Assembly (NCBI GenBank): GCA_934154515.1 | Contig: CAKPGD010000001.1 | Location: forward strand, 2,809 to 66,808 | DNA from: an uncultured Clostridia bacterium | GTDB lineage: Bacteria > Bacillota > Clostridia > TANB77 > CAG-508 | Length of the DNA: 64,000 nucleotides | Direction of reading: 5' to 3' | Shown: piece after piece, positions 38,301-47,128 of the stretch | Numbering within the stretch: the stretch's first letter is position 1 | How the letters are laid out: each line of letters opens with the position of its first letter | The notes under the pieces: model-generated | What the model saw: the letters and a program-made list of their open reading frames with translations, nothing else | Databases searched by the model: none | Told to the model about the DNA's origin: nothing | Program-made: the position numbers and the translations under genes

Positions 38301-40236
38301 ATGAATAATTTTTTGTTGATACTGCTTGGTCTATTAAATATTCATAAACTTCTTGTATTCCATATGGTGTTTCACTTGATGTTTTGTTTATTATCCATGC
38401 TGTATTTGAAGAACCTGCACTATAATATAAACTCTTTCTTACTGTATAGTTTCCTGGTGCTGAGCCTATTTGTGCGAAGTTATCATTAAATGCATTTCTT
38501 TCACTTGCTATTTCTGTTGCATTATTTATTTTTCCTGCAAGTCTATCTTCATTTGTTAGACTTGAGTTATATTGTGTTGCTTGATATAGTTGTCCATTAT
38601 ATATAAATTCTATATAATATTTTTGTTGTGCATCTAAGTTAGTAAATTCATAATGTCCATTTGTATCTGTTACTGTTCTTTTTAATTCTGCACCATTTGA
38701 AAGATGTAGTATTACTTCTATACCTTTCATCCAGCTTTCGTTAGAATCTTTTACACCATTTGGAAGTGATTGTTTTGCCGAATCTTGGTCTTCCCATACA
38801 TTTCCTGCTAAAACAATTTGCATGTTTTTCTCTGGTGGTGTGTTTGGTGGTGTTGTTGGTTCTATTTTTTGTGGTATGTCTATTTCTAGGCTTGCACTAT
38901 TTACCCATCTAGTTGAATTTGCTGATAACATTTTTTGTGCTCTTGTATCGTCCACTCTTACTACACTACCACTTATAATTTCACATGTGAATGTGCAGCC
39001 ACCACACTCTCCATTATATTCAGTATGGCTTCCTACTACTCCCCATTCTGTGCCTATTACATTTCCTTTTGAATCATATACAGGTTTATTACCATAGTCA
39101 TCTACTTTTCTTGGATGATTTTTTGGACAGTAAGGTGTGTGGTTATCTCTATATACTGTTTGATAATAAGCTGGTTTGTAATATGTTATTACAGATTTTG
39201 CTTCCATCCATTTGAAATCTACATGTACTTTCACAATTTTTTGTTGAGTAGTAGTAAATTTTACATAGAACTCTTCTCCTGGTGTAGGATATAGTTGTCC
39301 TAAGTAGTTTCTAGATACGTAACTATTATCTTGATGTTCATCTGGATTAAAATATCCATAATGTTTTCCATCTACATATGTAAAGTATTCTGTCCCATTT
39401 CTTATAATTGAGTTTATTTCTATTCTGTTTGAATTTTCATCTAATAGATACATATCTGTAATTCCACCATAGTACATTCCATAGTTTCCGCTAATATAAT
39501 TTATAGAAAATGGTCCTGCTATATATTCGTTTGCTTTTCCTGTTCTTGTTACTTTTACTTTGCTTTTATTTGTAACATCACCTTTTACCATTGTGTTACC
39601 ATTGTTTTTTATTTTTGTCATAAAATCGCTATAGTTTACAGCATATTGGTTTATGATATCCGCATTATCACCATTTGAAGTTTGTGGTGGGTTCTTTTTA
39701 TTTGCACTTAATGAACCTGTTCTCCATATTGCTTGTTGTTTTAATGGGCTCCAGTCATTATATCCTGTCATTGTTGGGTTTGTATAAGATAGTATAAATG
39801 CTTCTTCATAATTTGCATCACGTCTACTATCTAGTTCATAATAAGTTCTTGATCTTTTCATTTCTGGTTTTATGCATTTTTCATTAGCTTTTTCACCTAT
39901 ATGTCCTCTTGCTTCTGCAAGTAAGGCTTCAAATGAATACTTATAGCTTAAACTTAATGTTCCACCTTTCATTGCACAGTATACTGCTTCTCCATTATAG
40001 TGTGCTCTGTAAAAAGTTTCACCGTTCCAGTTTTCTTTTGTTACAGTTGTTGTATCAAAAAGTGCTCCTGGTGCCATTGCTAATGTTTCTTCTTCTACTT
40101 TAGTTGTTTCTTGTATTTCTCCTACTGAAGTTACATTTCTTACAGAAGTAGGTACAAATTTTATTACTAAAAATGTAACTACTGCTACAAGAGCAACTAT
40201 TATTAAATTAATTAATACCTTCATTTTATTTTTCAT
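35326..40236 (-). CDS. Giant cell-surface adhesin-like protein (signal peptide, CnaB/SdrD-type prealbumin-like repeats, C-terminal TM + KKKVLRK tail)
   Basis: 1636 aa. N-terminal signal anchor. CnaB-like motif (GNVWEDQDSAKQSLPNGVKD...TDTNGHYEFTNL). Cys cluster CGGCTFTC. C-terminus ..ILPPFGTTAMPYVIGAVILLSSGILIAGIIFIKKKVLRK. Confidence 0.7.
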   Translation of the reverse strand: MKNKMKVLINLIIVALVAVVTFLVIKFVPTSVRNVTSVGEIQETTKVEEETLAMAPGALFDTTTVTKENWNGETFYRAHYNGEAVYCAMKGGTLSLSYKYSFEALLAEARGHIGEKANEKCIKPEMKRSRTYYELDSRRDANYEEAFILSYTNPTMTGYNDWSPLKQQAIWRTGSLSANKKNPPQTSNGDNADIINQYAVNYSDFMTKIKNNGNTMVKGDVTNKSKVKVTRTGKANEYIAGPFSINYISGNYGMYYGGITDMYLLDENSNRIEINSIIRNGTEYFTYVDGKHYGYFNPDEHQDNSYVSRNYLGQLYPTPGEEFYVKFTTTQQKIVKVHVDFKWMEAKSVITYYKPAYYQTVYRDNHTPYCPKNHPRKVDDYGNKPVYDSKGNVIGTEWGVVGSHTEYNGECGGCTFTCEIISGSVVRVDDTRAQKMLSANSTRWVNSASLEIDIPQKIEPTTPPNTPPEKNMQIVLAGNVWEDQDSAKQSLPNGVKDSNESWMKGIEVILHLSNGAELKRTVTDTNGHYEFTNLDAQQKYYIEFIYNGQLYQATQYNSSLTNEDRLAGKINNATEIASERNAFNDNFAQIGSAPGNYTVRKSLYYSAGSSNTAWIINKTSSETPYGIQEVYEYLIDQAVSTKNYSSAYENTLNHFGNNNTTKSKLQFIEDSRISSYTGLDTTRVVYPIYDKFTESTLSRTIAGVLYKALYPKHLNIDFGLNPREIFDLALRKDVATATIEINGKSQTYNYNKRELNDNTWDINVRLSDAYYNSEYSREIYPSDYIYKVDNAYGNNYADYGASENDELNVYVTYKLMVRNQSQSALGQVMEIVDYYDKDYTYVAERSYIKVGDSTLQVNAQDSSRYGEGNSSTIDGYNRLYVRGLENTKLTSGQTAYVYLTFKVNKDEDRNVLLDENNWKYNSTTGEIEATLNGVGKENIAEINGFRTYYRNGTYIPNVGSVSGYDKVAGLFDYDSVNGNLNPNDVPKDGTINNSNFEDDTDKAPNIRLLLYKNDENRVIEGTVWEEERNVINQEQVTAVGDGIYDSSKESAINGVTVQLVELRSNGTEYVWQTISSGQNHFNSADTYKPIINKEGADGKNLIPDVVDEAEGKYIFKSYPTGNFVVRFIYGDTVKTVLPNTSTAITNAQGVKGQNVKSYNGQDYKSTTYQTGITQNNSYVWRKDPTWVNGQKTLGEELTTVTTFKTNASNNETASPLVSEREQKGYLYDVTASDANANVSDAKDIESIRNKVIDYSDKSVMNYIAEVLASHEQMPLNEAELTNKLNELMAKIQMTAETGLINVEVEYDRNTSEGVDQESKNGAYKITNVNLGLEERPKAQLAINKEVTNVKLTLADGSTLFDASQKATNVLWRKHKPYKFKYKDNKLVSDPMAEIREKNSYDATFGLVQLSMDEELMHGATIKISYKVTVTNVGEVDYKDNSFYYTGVVSDMNNVVKTQANQVVDYIANNLQFYAEYNKAWKTITQEELLAGAVNTTLANETGKYNTIIVTSEKSNIANKALVPEKYNPNESSVSDDLVLTQLITSENETDDLTYRNIVEITTISNSVGRRMAYSVVGNQNPTKDAQEVDSNVSEVVKILPPFGTTAMPYVIGAVILLSSGILIAGIIFIKKKVLRK

Positions 40237-40255
40237 AATATTTATACCCCCTTCA

Positions 40256-43200
40256 TTATATTTTTCTTAAAACTTTTTTTCTAATTATGTAAGCACTTGC
40301 TGCTAATATTCCACATATTACTATAGAAATTATTGCTGTATAAATTATTGCATCACCAGTTTTTACTGATATTACAAGGTCTGCTGCTGACATATCGTTT
40401 TCATTACTGTTTTTATTTCCTGGTGTTGAATTCATATCTGTAATTCCTTCTTCGTTGTATACTTCATATATTTCTGCATTGTTGTTTACTATACCTGTAT
40501 TATTTTCTGTCATTTTTCTTGTTAATGTTAAGTTTACTTCTAGTGTTTCTCCTGGTAGTAATTTAGTATTTGCAAGGCTTGAATTATATAAGTCTCCATT
40601 TGTAGATTGATACCAGTCTCTATTTAATTCTGAATTGAATTTCATATCATTTGGTACGTAATCTACTATCTTCTTAATATAGTTTGTTATTGCTCCTTCA
40701 TTTGTAACTGTAATTTTGTAATTTACTATTACTGTTGCATTAGAAAGTTCTTTTGCTGGTATTTCAACTTTTGCAAGTTTTACATCTTTGTAATCATATG
40801 TTTTTACTTTGTTTCCATATGTTACTGTTACAGAAGATATATATTTGTCTAGTCTTAAATCATTTTTCTCTGATTCGCAAAGTCCCATATCTATATTTCT
40901 TACACTTGCATCTTTTACTTTTATTGCATCTGATGTAGCAACTGTTTTTTCTTTTCCGTCTATTGTCATTTTTACATTGATTACATCTGAGTTTACTGTA
41001 TCTCCTACACCTTGTTTTTTGTATTCAGTTAAATCATATTTTGCACTGTTGTATACAAACACTACTAAATATTCTCCATTTTCTACATTTGCAAATCTGT
41101 ATGTTCCTGAATTTGATGTAGTTGTTGTTGCAATTACTTCGTTTGTTTCTTTATTTAAAAGTCTTACTTCTATTCCTGCTAATAATTCTTCGTCTTCGTC
41201 TCTTCTACCATCTTTATTTTTGTCTAACCATGCTGTACCCATAATTGAATATTTTCCTTCGTCATCATTTACTTGGTCGTCTCCTGATACATCATCACTG
41301 TCTATATGTGCATTTTTGTTATATTCTATTATTGTTTTTACACTATTAGATGTAATTGATTCGAAGTTACTTCCAGATAATACTGCATTGTTTGTTATTT
41401 CTTTTTGTTTTGTTCCTGCATCTAATTTATCTGCTTCCATTGTTATTTCTATTGTTATAGTAGTGTTAGCATTAACTTCGCTCCATTCTAGGTTAAATGT
41501 TTTCTCGTTATCATTTGAGATTATTTGGTCTTCTAATCCTTCTCTAATAACTTTTGCATATAGAATATGCATTCCTTCAGGTATTTGGTTTTCGAATTTA
41601 GCATTTGTTGCTATTACATTGCTTGTATTTTTTATTACATATTTGTATGTTATTTGTTCTTTTTCTTTTACATATTCGCTTTCCAGGTCTTCTTGTTTTA
41701 TTTGCATTGATATTTTGTCTACTTTATTTTTTGCTTTGTTTGAATAATGTGTTCCTATATCTTTTGCTTCAAGTGTTGCAGAAGCTTCTATGTTTCCTTG
41801 AATATCTCCTATTTTTACTGTTACATCACAGTCAAATAAACTATATAATTGTATTTTTTCTATGTAGAATATTTGTGTATTGTTTTCCTTATCAAACTCT
41901 GTTGTATATTTTATTGGTTCTTCTAGTACTATATTTTCTACTAATTCTGTTTTTTCTACTGTTACACCTTCTGGTAATTTTATTTTTATTACTGCATTTT
42001 CTAATTCTGTATTTTTGCTTATTTCTTCAACTTTTACAGTATATTTTAGTTCATCACCTTTTTGTAAGGTGTAGTTCGAACTAGCATCTGCGTACATTAC
42101 CATTGATACATATCCATTGTCTAATTTTAATTTATATTCATTTGACTCTACTTCTTTTTGAAGATTATCTGCATTTACTTTTACTGTGCTTGTTAATGCT
42201 ATTTCTGGTAATTCAATTTTTTCTCCAGTATCTACATTTATTAATCTTCTATGTTCGTATAATACATAGTCTTCTATTTTTAATTCATATTCTACTGTTT
42301 TTGTCTCTCCTGCTTTTAAAGTTCCTATTGTTATTGTTTTTGTTAATTCATCACTGTCATCATATCCTGTATAGAAAGATTCTTCTTTATATTCTGTGTG
42401 TTTAGTTGAATATTCTACTAATAATTTTTTCTCTGGATTTTCTAATATGCTTGCATCATTAGTATAATGACCATTACCATTTTCATCATAATAAGCATAA
42501 ATCTTATCACTTGGAGCTGTTATATTTAATGCTACATTTTCTGCATCTACTGTTCCTTCATTTTTTACTGTTGCTATAAATTTAATATATTGTCCTTGTC
42601 TTACTACTGTATTTTCTGATATTTCTGATGTTAAAGTTGCTGTTAGAGTTGGTGCAATACCTGTTGTTAATGTTACCATTCTTGATACCGCTTTATCTGT
42701 AAGCGTTTGTTCTTCTTTTATATTGTCAAAATATACTACATACATAGATTTTACAGTTTGTTCATATTTTAAGTTTTCTGGTATTTGCATATTATATGTA
42801 AATTTTAAACTATCTCCAGTGTTCATTGTGTAATTGTCTAGTACTATTAAATATGATTTTACTTTGCTATAATCTGTAACTTGTGTTGTCCAACCATTTG
42901 ATGCAATGTTTAAGTCTTGTGTTGCATTTCCATTTTCACTATAATAAATTGTTGCTCCTTCAAATCCATTTGTGTTTATTGCACTTGTCATTGGTGCATC
43001 AAATGTATTGTTTAAAGCTGTTTGATTATCTGCATTTGTTGTTTCTGTTGTAAATGTTCTTCCTAATATTCTTACATTTTTTATTACATTGCTGTAATTG
43101 TTTATTACTTGTATTTCTGTTGTTGCATTTTTTGCAGATGTTGTTACTTCAAGTGTTGCTTCTTTGTCTTCTGTTAAAGCTTCTACTTGAGCATTGTCTG

Positions 43201-45256
43201 CATAGTTTGATACTTTGTTTAATGTTACTATTCCTGTTGGAGCTACAAAGTTTACTGGTACTTCATTTTCTACTACTTCACTACCATTTACTGATGTCAT
43301 TTTTATTTTTGATGTTGTGCTTGGTGTTAAGTTATTTGCAGTTATATTTGCATTTATTACTATGTTTGCTCCACCATATATTGAGCCTATGTCATATCCT
43401 GTTTGTTTTCCTGTCATTGCTATTGATATTTGTTTTGTTCCATCTGGATTTATTATTAAATTTGCATCTCCAGCATTTATTTTAAGTTCATCTTCAAATA
43501 ATAATTGTACATTTTTTACATCTATTTTTTCTATGTATGAAGGTATATCTATTGTTATTTTTGGATTTTCATATAAACTATTGTTAATATCGTCTGTTTT
43601 TAATATAGCTCTTATTTCAACATTTTCATTTTCTACCATTGTTGAAAAGTTATTGTTGTTTAATGTTAATTCTGTTTTTGTTGTTGGTTCTGTTAATGAA
43701 ACACTTGAATTCATTTCTTGTTCTACTATTGTTGTTTCTCCATTTTTTGCTGTTGCTTTTCCTTCTAATTTAATTGTTTCAAATTTTTGTGTTTGTTCTT
43801 TTGTATAAGAACTTTCTCCTTTTATTGCTTTTTCAAAGTTAAATACAAGTTCACCTTCTTTTTGTGGTTTACTTGTTTTTATTGTTAAAGCATTTACATT
43901 TAAATCTACTTTTATTGTTTCTTCTTTAATATTTTCTATTGTAGAAATTAGATTTTCTCCAGAATATATTTCTATTTTTCCATTTTCTCCTAATATATTT
44001 TGGAAGTTTTCCTTTGATATTGTTACATTCTTAAAGTATGTATCACTTGCATATTCATTTTTTTCTGTTACATATTTATCTGCTAATTCTAAGATTATTT
44101 CATCTACAAGCCCTGGCATTGAAATATTTGCTATTACTGTTTGGTTTAATTTTGTTTCTAGTTTTTCTTCTCTATTAAAGTTTGCATACATATAACCTTT
44201 GCTTATAGCTTCTGTATTTGAACTTTTGAAATCTACTATATTTCCTAACTGTTCTTTTAATGTTACTGTATCTTCGAAAGTATTTGTTAAACTTCTTTCT
44301 TCATAACTATATGCTGTTACACTTGCATTTGCTTTTAGTTCAACATTTGCTTCTTCTACTAAAGCTTCTTCTGGATATTTATATGTTACAATGAATTCTT
44401 CAAATGATTTATTATTCCATTGTATCATTCCATTTTCATCAGCTTCGTTTGTAACTTCTATTGTTATTTTTCCATTTTCTACTTTGTAATTATTTTCTCC
44501 AAAGTTTGAGTTTTCTTTGTTATATACTGTTACTTCTGTTGGTTTTACTCCATTTATTTCTGGGATTTCTACTTCAATTTTATTATTTTTTATTGGTAAC
44601 ACATTATCTTTTATACTAGATTTTACAATAGTTTGTAATACTAGTCCTTTTTCACCGTTTATATTATATGGAATATATTTTGAAACTTCATTTTGTAAAA
44701 CTAATTCTGCTTTTGCTGTCCATTTTAATCCTAATGAAATTTCTTTTTTAATACTGTATTCTTTTCCTTTTTCATCTATATAATTTGCTGTGAATTTTAC
44801 TTTTGACACTTTATTAAATTCATCTACACTTATTTTATCATTTATGTTTAGTGTAATCGGAAGGTTAAGAGTTACTTCTTCTCCATTATCTATTTGATTA
44901 AGTGTAATAACGTTATTTTCTATACTAGCTACTTTATCAGACTTTTCTTCTGATATTTTGAAATTAGCGTCAGAAAATTCAACCCTAGCATCTTTTAAAT
45001 ATCCCGCATTTTTTACAGTTATTTGTGCTACGATTGTGTTATCCTCTCCTATATTTTTAGCCACTTCATATGCTTTTGTTTTTCCTGTTAGGAAATAACT
45101 ATCAAATTGTACATTTACATGGTTTGTTTTGCTGTTTTGATTATTTATATTGGCAGCAAGAACACTTCCTACTTGTCCCATTAATGTACTCATGTTAGTA
45201 AGCATCATTATGAATACTACAATACTTGCTATAATTTTGTTACCTTTCTTGTTCAT
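40256..45256 (-). CDS. Giant cell-surface adhesin-like protein (signal peptide, DUF11/CnaB/SdrD-B-like repeats, C-terminal TM + RKKVLRKI tail)
   Basis: 1666 aa. Signal peptide. SdrD-B-like motif (GTAWLDKNKDGRRDEDEELLAGIEVRLLNKETNEVIATTTTSNSGTYRF). C-terminus ..SVKTGDAIIYTAIISIVICGILAASAYIIRKKVLRKI. The next gene begins 19 nt downstream. Confidence 0.7.
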   Translation of the reverse strand: MNKKGNKIIASIVVFIMMLTNMSTLMGQVGSVLAANINNQNSKTNHVNVQFDSYFLTGKTKAYEVAKNIGEDNTIVAQITVKNAGYLKDARVEFSDANFKISEEKSDKVASIENNVITLNQIDNGEEVTLNLPITLNINDKISVDEFNKVSKVKFTANYIDEKGKEYSIKKEISLGLKWTAKAELVLQNEVSKYIPYNINGEKGLVLQTIVKSSIKDNVLPIKNNKIEVEIPEINGVKPTEVTVYNKENSNFGENNYKVENGKITIEVTNEADENGMIQWNNKSFEEFIVTYKYPEEALVEEANVELKANASVTAYSYEERSLTNTFEDTVTLKEQLGNIVDFKSSNTEAISKGYMYANFNREEKLETKLNQTVIANISMPGLVDEIILELADKYVTEKNEYASDTYFKNVTISKENFQNILGENGKIEIYSGENLISTIENIKEETIKVDLNVNALTIKTSKPQKEGELVFNFEKAIKGESSYTKEQTQKFETIKLEGKATAKNGETTIVEQEMNSSVSLTEPTTKTELTLNNNNFSTMVENENVEIRAILKTDDINNSLYENPKITIDIPSYIEKIDVKNVQLLFEDELKINAGDANLIINPDGTKQISIAMTGKQTGYDIGSIYGGANIVINANITANNLTPSTTSKIKMTSVNGSEVVENEVPVNFVAPTGIVTLNKVSNYADNAQVEALTEDKEATLEVTTSAKNATTEIQVINNYSNVIKNVRILGRTFTTETTNADNQTALNNTFDAPMTSAINTNGFEGATIYYSENGNATQDLNIASNGWTTQVTDYSKVKSYLIVLDNYTMNTGDSLKFTYNMQIPENLKYEQTVKSMYVVYFDNIKEEQTLTDKAVSRMVTLTTGIAPTLTATLTSEISENTVVRQGQYIKFIATVKNEGTVDAENVALNITAPSDKIYAYYDENGNGHYTNDASILENPEKKLLVEYSTKHTEYKEESFYTGYDDSDELTKTITIGTLKAGETKTVEYELKIEDYVLYEHRRLINVDTGEKIELPEIALTSTVKVNADNLQKEVESNEYKLKLDNGYVSMVMYADASSNYTLQKGDELKYTVKVEEISKNTELENAVIKIKLPEGVTVEKTELVENIVLEEPIKYTTEFDKENNTQIFYIEKIQLYSLFDCDVTVKIGDIQGNIEASATLEAKDIGTHYSNKAKNKVDKISMQIKQEDLESEYVKEKEQITYKYVIKNTSNVIATNAKFENQIPEGMHILYAKVIREGLEDQIISNDNEKTFNLEWSEVNANTTITIEITMEADKLDAGTKQKEITNNAVLSGSNFESITSNSVKTIIEYNKNAHIDSDDVSGDDQVNDDEGKYSIMGTAWLDKNKDGRRDEDEELLAGIEVRLLNKETNEVIATTTTSNSGTYRFANVENGEYLVVFVYNSAKYDLTEYKKQGVGDTVNSDVINVKMTIDGKEKTVATSDAIKVKDASVRNIDMGLCESEKNDLRLDKYISSVTVTYGNKVKTYDYKDVKLAKVEIPAKELSNATVIVNYKITVTNEGAITNYIKKIVDYVPNDMKFNSELNRDWYQSTNGDLYNSSLANTKLLPGETLEVNLTLTRKMTENNTGIVNNNAEIYEVYNEEGITDMNSTPGNKNSNENDMSAADLVISVKTGDAIIYTAIISIVICGILAASAYIIRKKVLRKI

Positions 45257-45643
45257 AGAATATTCCTCCTATTTTTGTTTTAAATTGAGTGTCTTTTTAT
45301 AATTTACGCTTATACTTAATTATACCTCATTTTTCAAGTTTTTTCAACTTTTTATTGTTATTTTTTAAACTTTTTATGTATATTAAGAGTATAATCTACC
45401 TAAATTATATATTTATATATATTCTTGCATATTTTTAGAGCTTTTTCAACAAATTTATCTCTTGTATTCTTATAATATTTTCTAAATATTTACGGAAGCT
45501 CATTTTCAGTACTAAATATTAAATTTATATTACAATTTAACATTTTTATGATATTTATTTTTTTAGATTCTTTTTTAGATTTTTTGTAACACTTATTTTG
45601 TTTTTGAATATTATAATATAAAGTTTTATTTTGGGGTGATTTT

Positions 45644-46093
45644 ATGAATGAGGATATGTTTAAAAAACTTTCTAATATGCTTGAAAACTCGAATGATAGC
45701 AATTCTAACGCTAGATCTAATAATTCTAATAATTCTGATAATTTAAAAAATATACTTTCAAATTTTGTTTCGGGTACTCAAAATAATAGTAGTAATGTTG
45801 GTAATAATACTGGTAGCACAACTAACAACAATTCTTCTAATTCAGGATCCTCTAGCGATAATTTGAATGGTTTTGATTTTTCTAATATAGACATGGAAAC
45901 AATTATGAAAATAAAAAATATTATGAGTAAGATTAATACTAGAGGAGATGACCCTAGATCTAATCTTTTAATGTCTCTAAAGCCATATTTGAAGCCTTCT
46001 AAGAAAGAGAGACTAGATCAATGTATGAAGTTTATGAGTCTTTCTTCTGTTATGGAAGCTTTTAATAATGTGGGTGGTGATATTAAAAAATGA
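45644..46093 (+). CDS. Hypothetical Asn/Ser-rich low-complexity protein
   Basis: 149 aa. Strong GGGGTGA RBS 7 nt upstream. Central N/S-rich tract. Conserved-looking C-terminus (RSNLLMSLKPYLKPSKKERLDQCMKFMSL). Confidence 0.5.
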   Translation: MNEDMFKKLSNMLENSNDSNSNARSNNSNNSDNLKNILSNFVSGTQNNSSNVGNNTGSTTNNNSSNSGSSSDNLNGFDFSNIDMETIMKIKNIMSKINTRGDDPRSNLLMSLKPYLKPSKKERLDQCMKFMSLSSVMEAFNNVGGDIKK

Positions 46094-46434
46094 TGATTCC
46101 TCCTCCTTTTTTTAGACCTACATATCCTAATTTTAGGTCTAATTATGGTTTTAAAAATACTATGAATACTAATTATAATATTGGTAAAAGTCCTTATTTC
46201 CCTAATAATTTCAGTAACTCTGACTTTAAGAGTGACTGTTCTAACAATGATTTTAATAGCGGGGATTCTTCTAGTATAGACAGGCATGAAGAATATGATA
46301 ATTTTTTTAATATTTTGGGTTTTAAGCTTTATTTTGATGACCTATTAATTCTTGCAGTCTTGTTCTTCTTATATAAAGAAGATGTTGAAGATACTTATTT
46401 GTATATAATTTTAGTTATTCTTCTTTTATCATAA
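46090..46434 (+). CDS. Hypothetical Pro/Asn-rich protein with C-terminal hydrophobic segment, translationally coupled (ATGA overlap) to the upstream ORF
   Basis: 114 aa. The start codon overlaps the upstream stop. The C-terminus LLILAVLFFLY...YLYIILVILLLS is a predicted TM. Confidence 0.45.
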   Translation: MMIPPPFFRPTYPNFRSNYGFKNTMNTNYNIGKSPYFPNNFSNSDFKSDCSNNDFNSGDSSSIDRHEEYDNFFNILGFKLYFDDLLILAVLFFLYKEDVEDTYLYIILVILLLS

Positions 46435-46484
46435 AAAAATGAAATTCAAGCCGTAAATTGATCTTGAATTTCATTTTTTGTTTT
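46434..46484. terminator. Bidirectional rho-independent terminator shared by the convergent plus-strand ORF pair and minC
   Basis: 15-bp stem aaaatgaaattcaag/cttgaatttcatttt with a T-run on the plus side and an A-run on the other side. Confidence 0.7.
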
Positions 46485-47100
46485 ATTCTAGTATAATTTC
46501 GTCGTTTTCTCCAACATATGCATATTCTTTGCAAATTTCGTTTTCTTCTGTCTCTTCTTTTTCTTTTATAATATTAGCTATACGTATTTGTGGACTATTT
46601 ATTTTACTTGCTGCTATTATTGCTTTCTTATTGCCCTTTGCACCTGCATGAGCAAGACCTCTTAGTACTCCAAGTATTACAATATTTTCTTCTGCCACCA
46701 CTTCTGCTCCAGCATTTACGTCTCCTAATATAACAAGGCTTCCTTCATATTCTATTTTTTGTCCAGAACGTAAAGACCCTTTGTAAAATTTAGTTTGTGA
46801 GTCTTTTATGTCTTTATTAAATGTCTTTTTTATACTATGGAGTCCTAGTGTTTTTGGTGTTTCAAATTCTACTTTTACATCTATTTGTTTTTGTATTGTT
46901 TTTTGAATTTCATCCATATCTGCTGTTTTCAATATTTTTCCTGTTATTTCTATTGGCATTTTTTCTTCTTTATACAATTTTTTTAATTCTGGAATTTTTT
47001 TCTCTAATAATTTAATTATTTCTTCTTGAGTTGCTTCATCTTTAATTTTTATTACTATTGTATCTTTTTTAGAAACTATTGTTACTTTTTCTAATTTCAT
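46483..47100 (-). CDS. minC: Septum site-determining protein MinC
   Basis: The C-terminal beta-helix domain (LRSGQKIEYEGSLVILGDVNAGAEVVAEENIVILGVLRGLAHAGAKGNKKAIIAASKINSPQIRIAN) closely matches MinC. AAGGAGGA RBS 7 nt before the Met at 47100; the longer ORF to 47160 would overlap the PBP gene. Confidence 0.85.
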   Translation of the reverse strand: MKLEKVTIVSKKDTIVIKIKDEATQEEIIKLLEKKIPELKKLYKEEKMPIEITGKILKTADMDEIQKTIQKQIDVKVEFETPKTLGLHSIKKTFNKDIKDSQTKFYKGSLRSGQKIEYEGSLVILGDVNAGAEVVAEENIVILGVLRGLAHAGAKGNKKAIIAASKINSPQIRIANIIKEKEETEENEICKEYAYVGENDEIILE

Positions 47101-47128
47101 TCTAACATCCTCCTTGTATTTTACTACT

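Noticed and set aside
45257-45643. Possible c-di-GMP riboswitch in the 387-nt leader upstream of the adhesin operon
   Set aside because: The region is almost entirely A/T, with no GC-rich paired elements and none of the conserved GEMM-I/II motifs. It looks like a plain AT-rich promoter/UTR.
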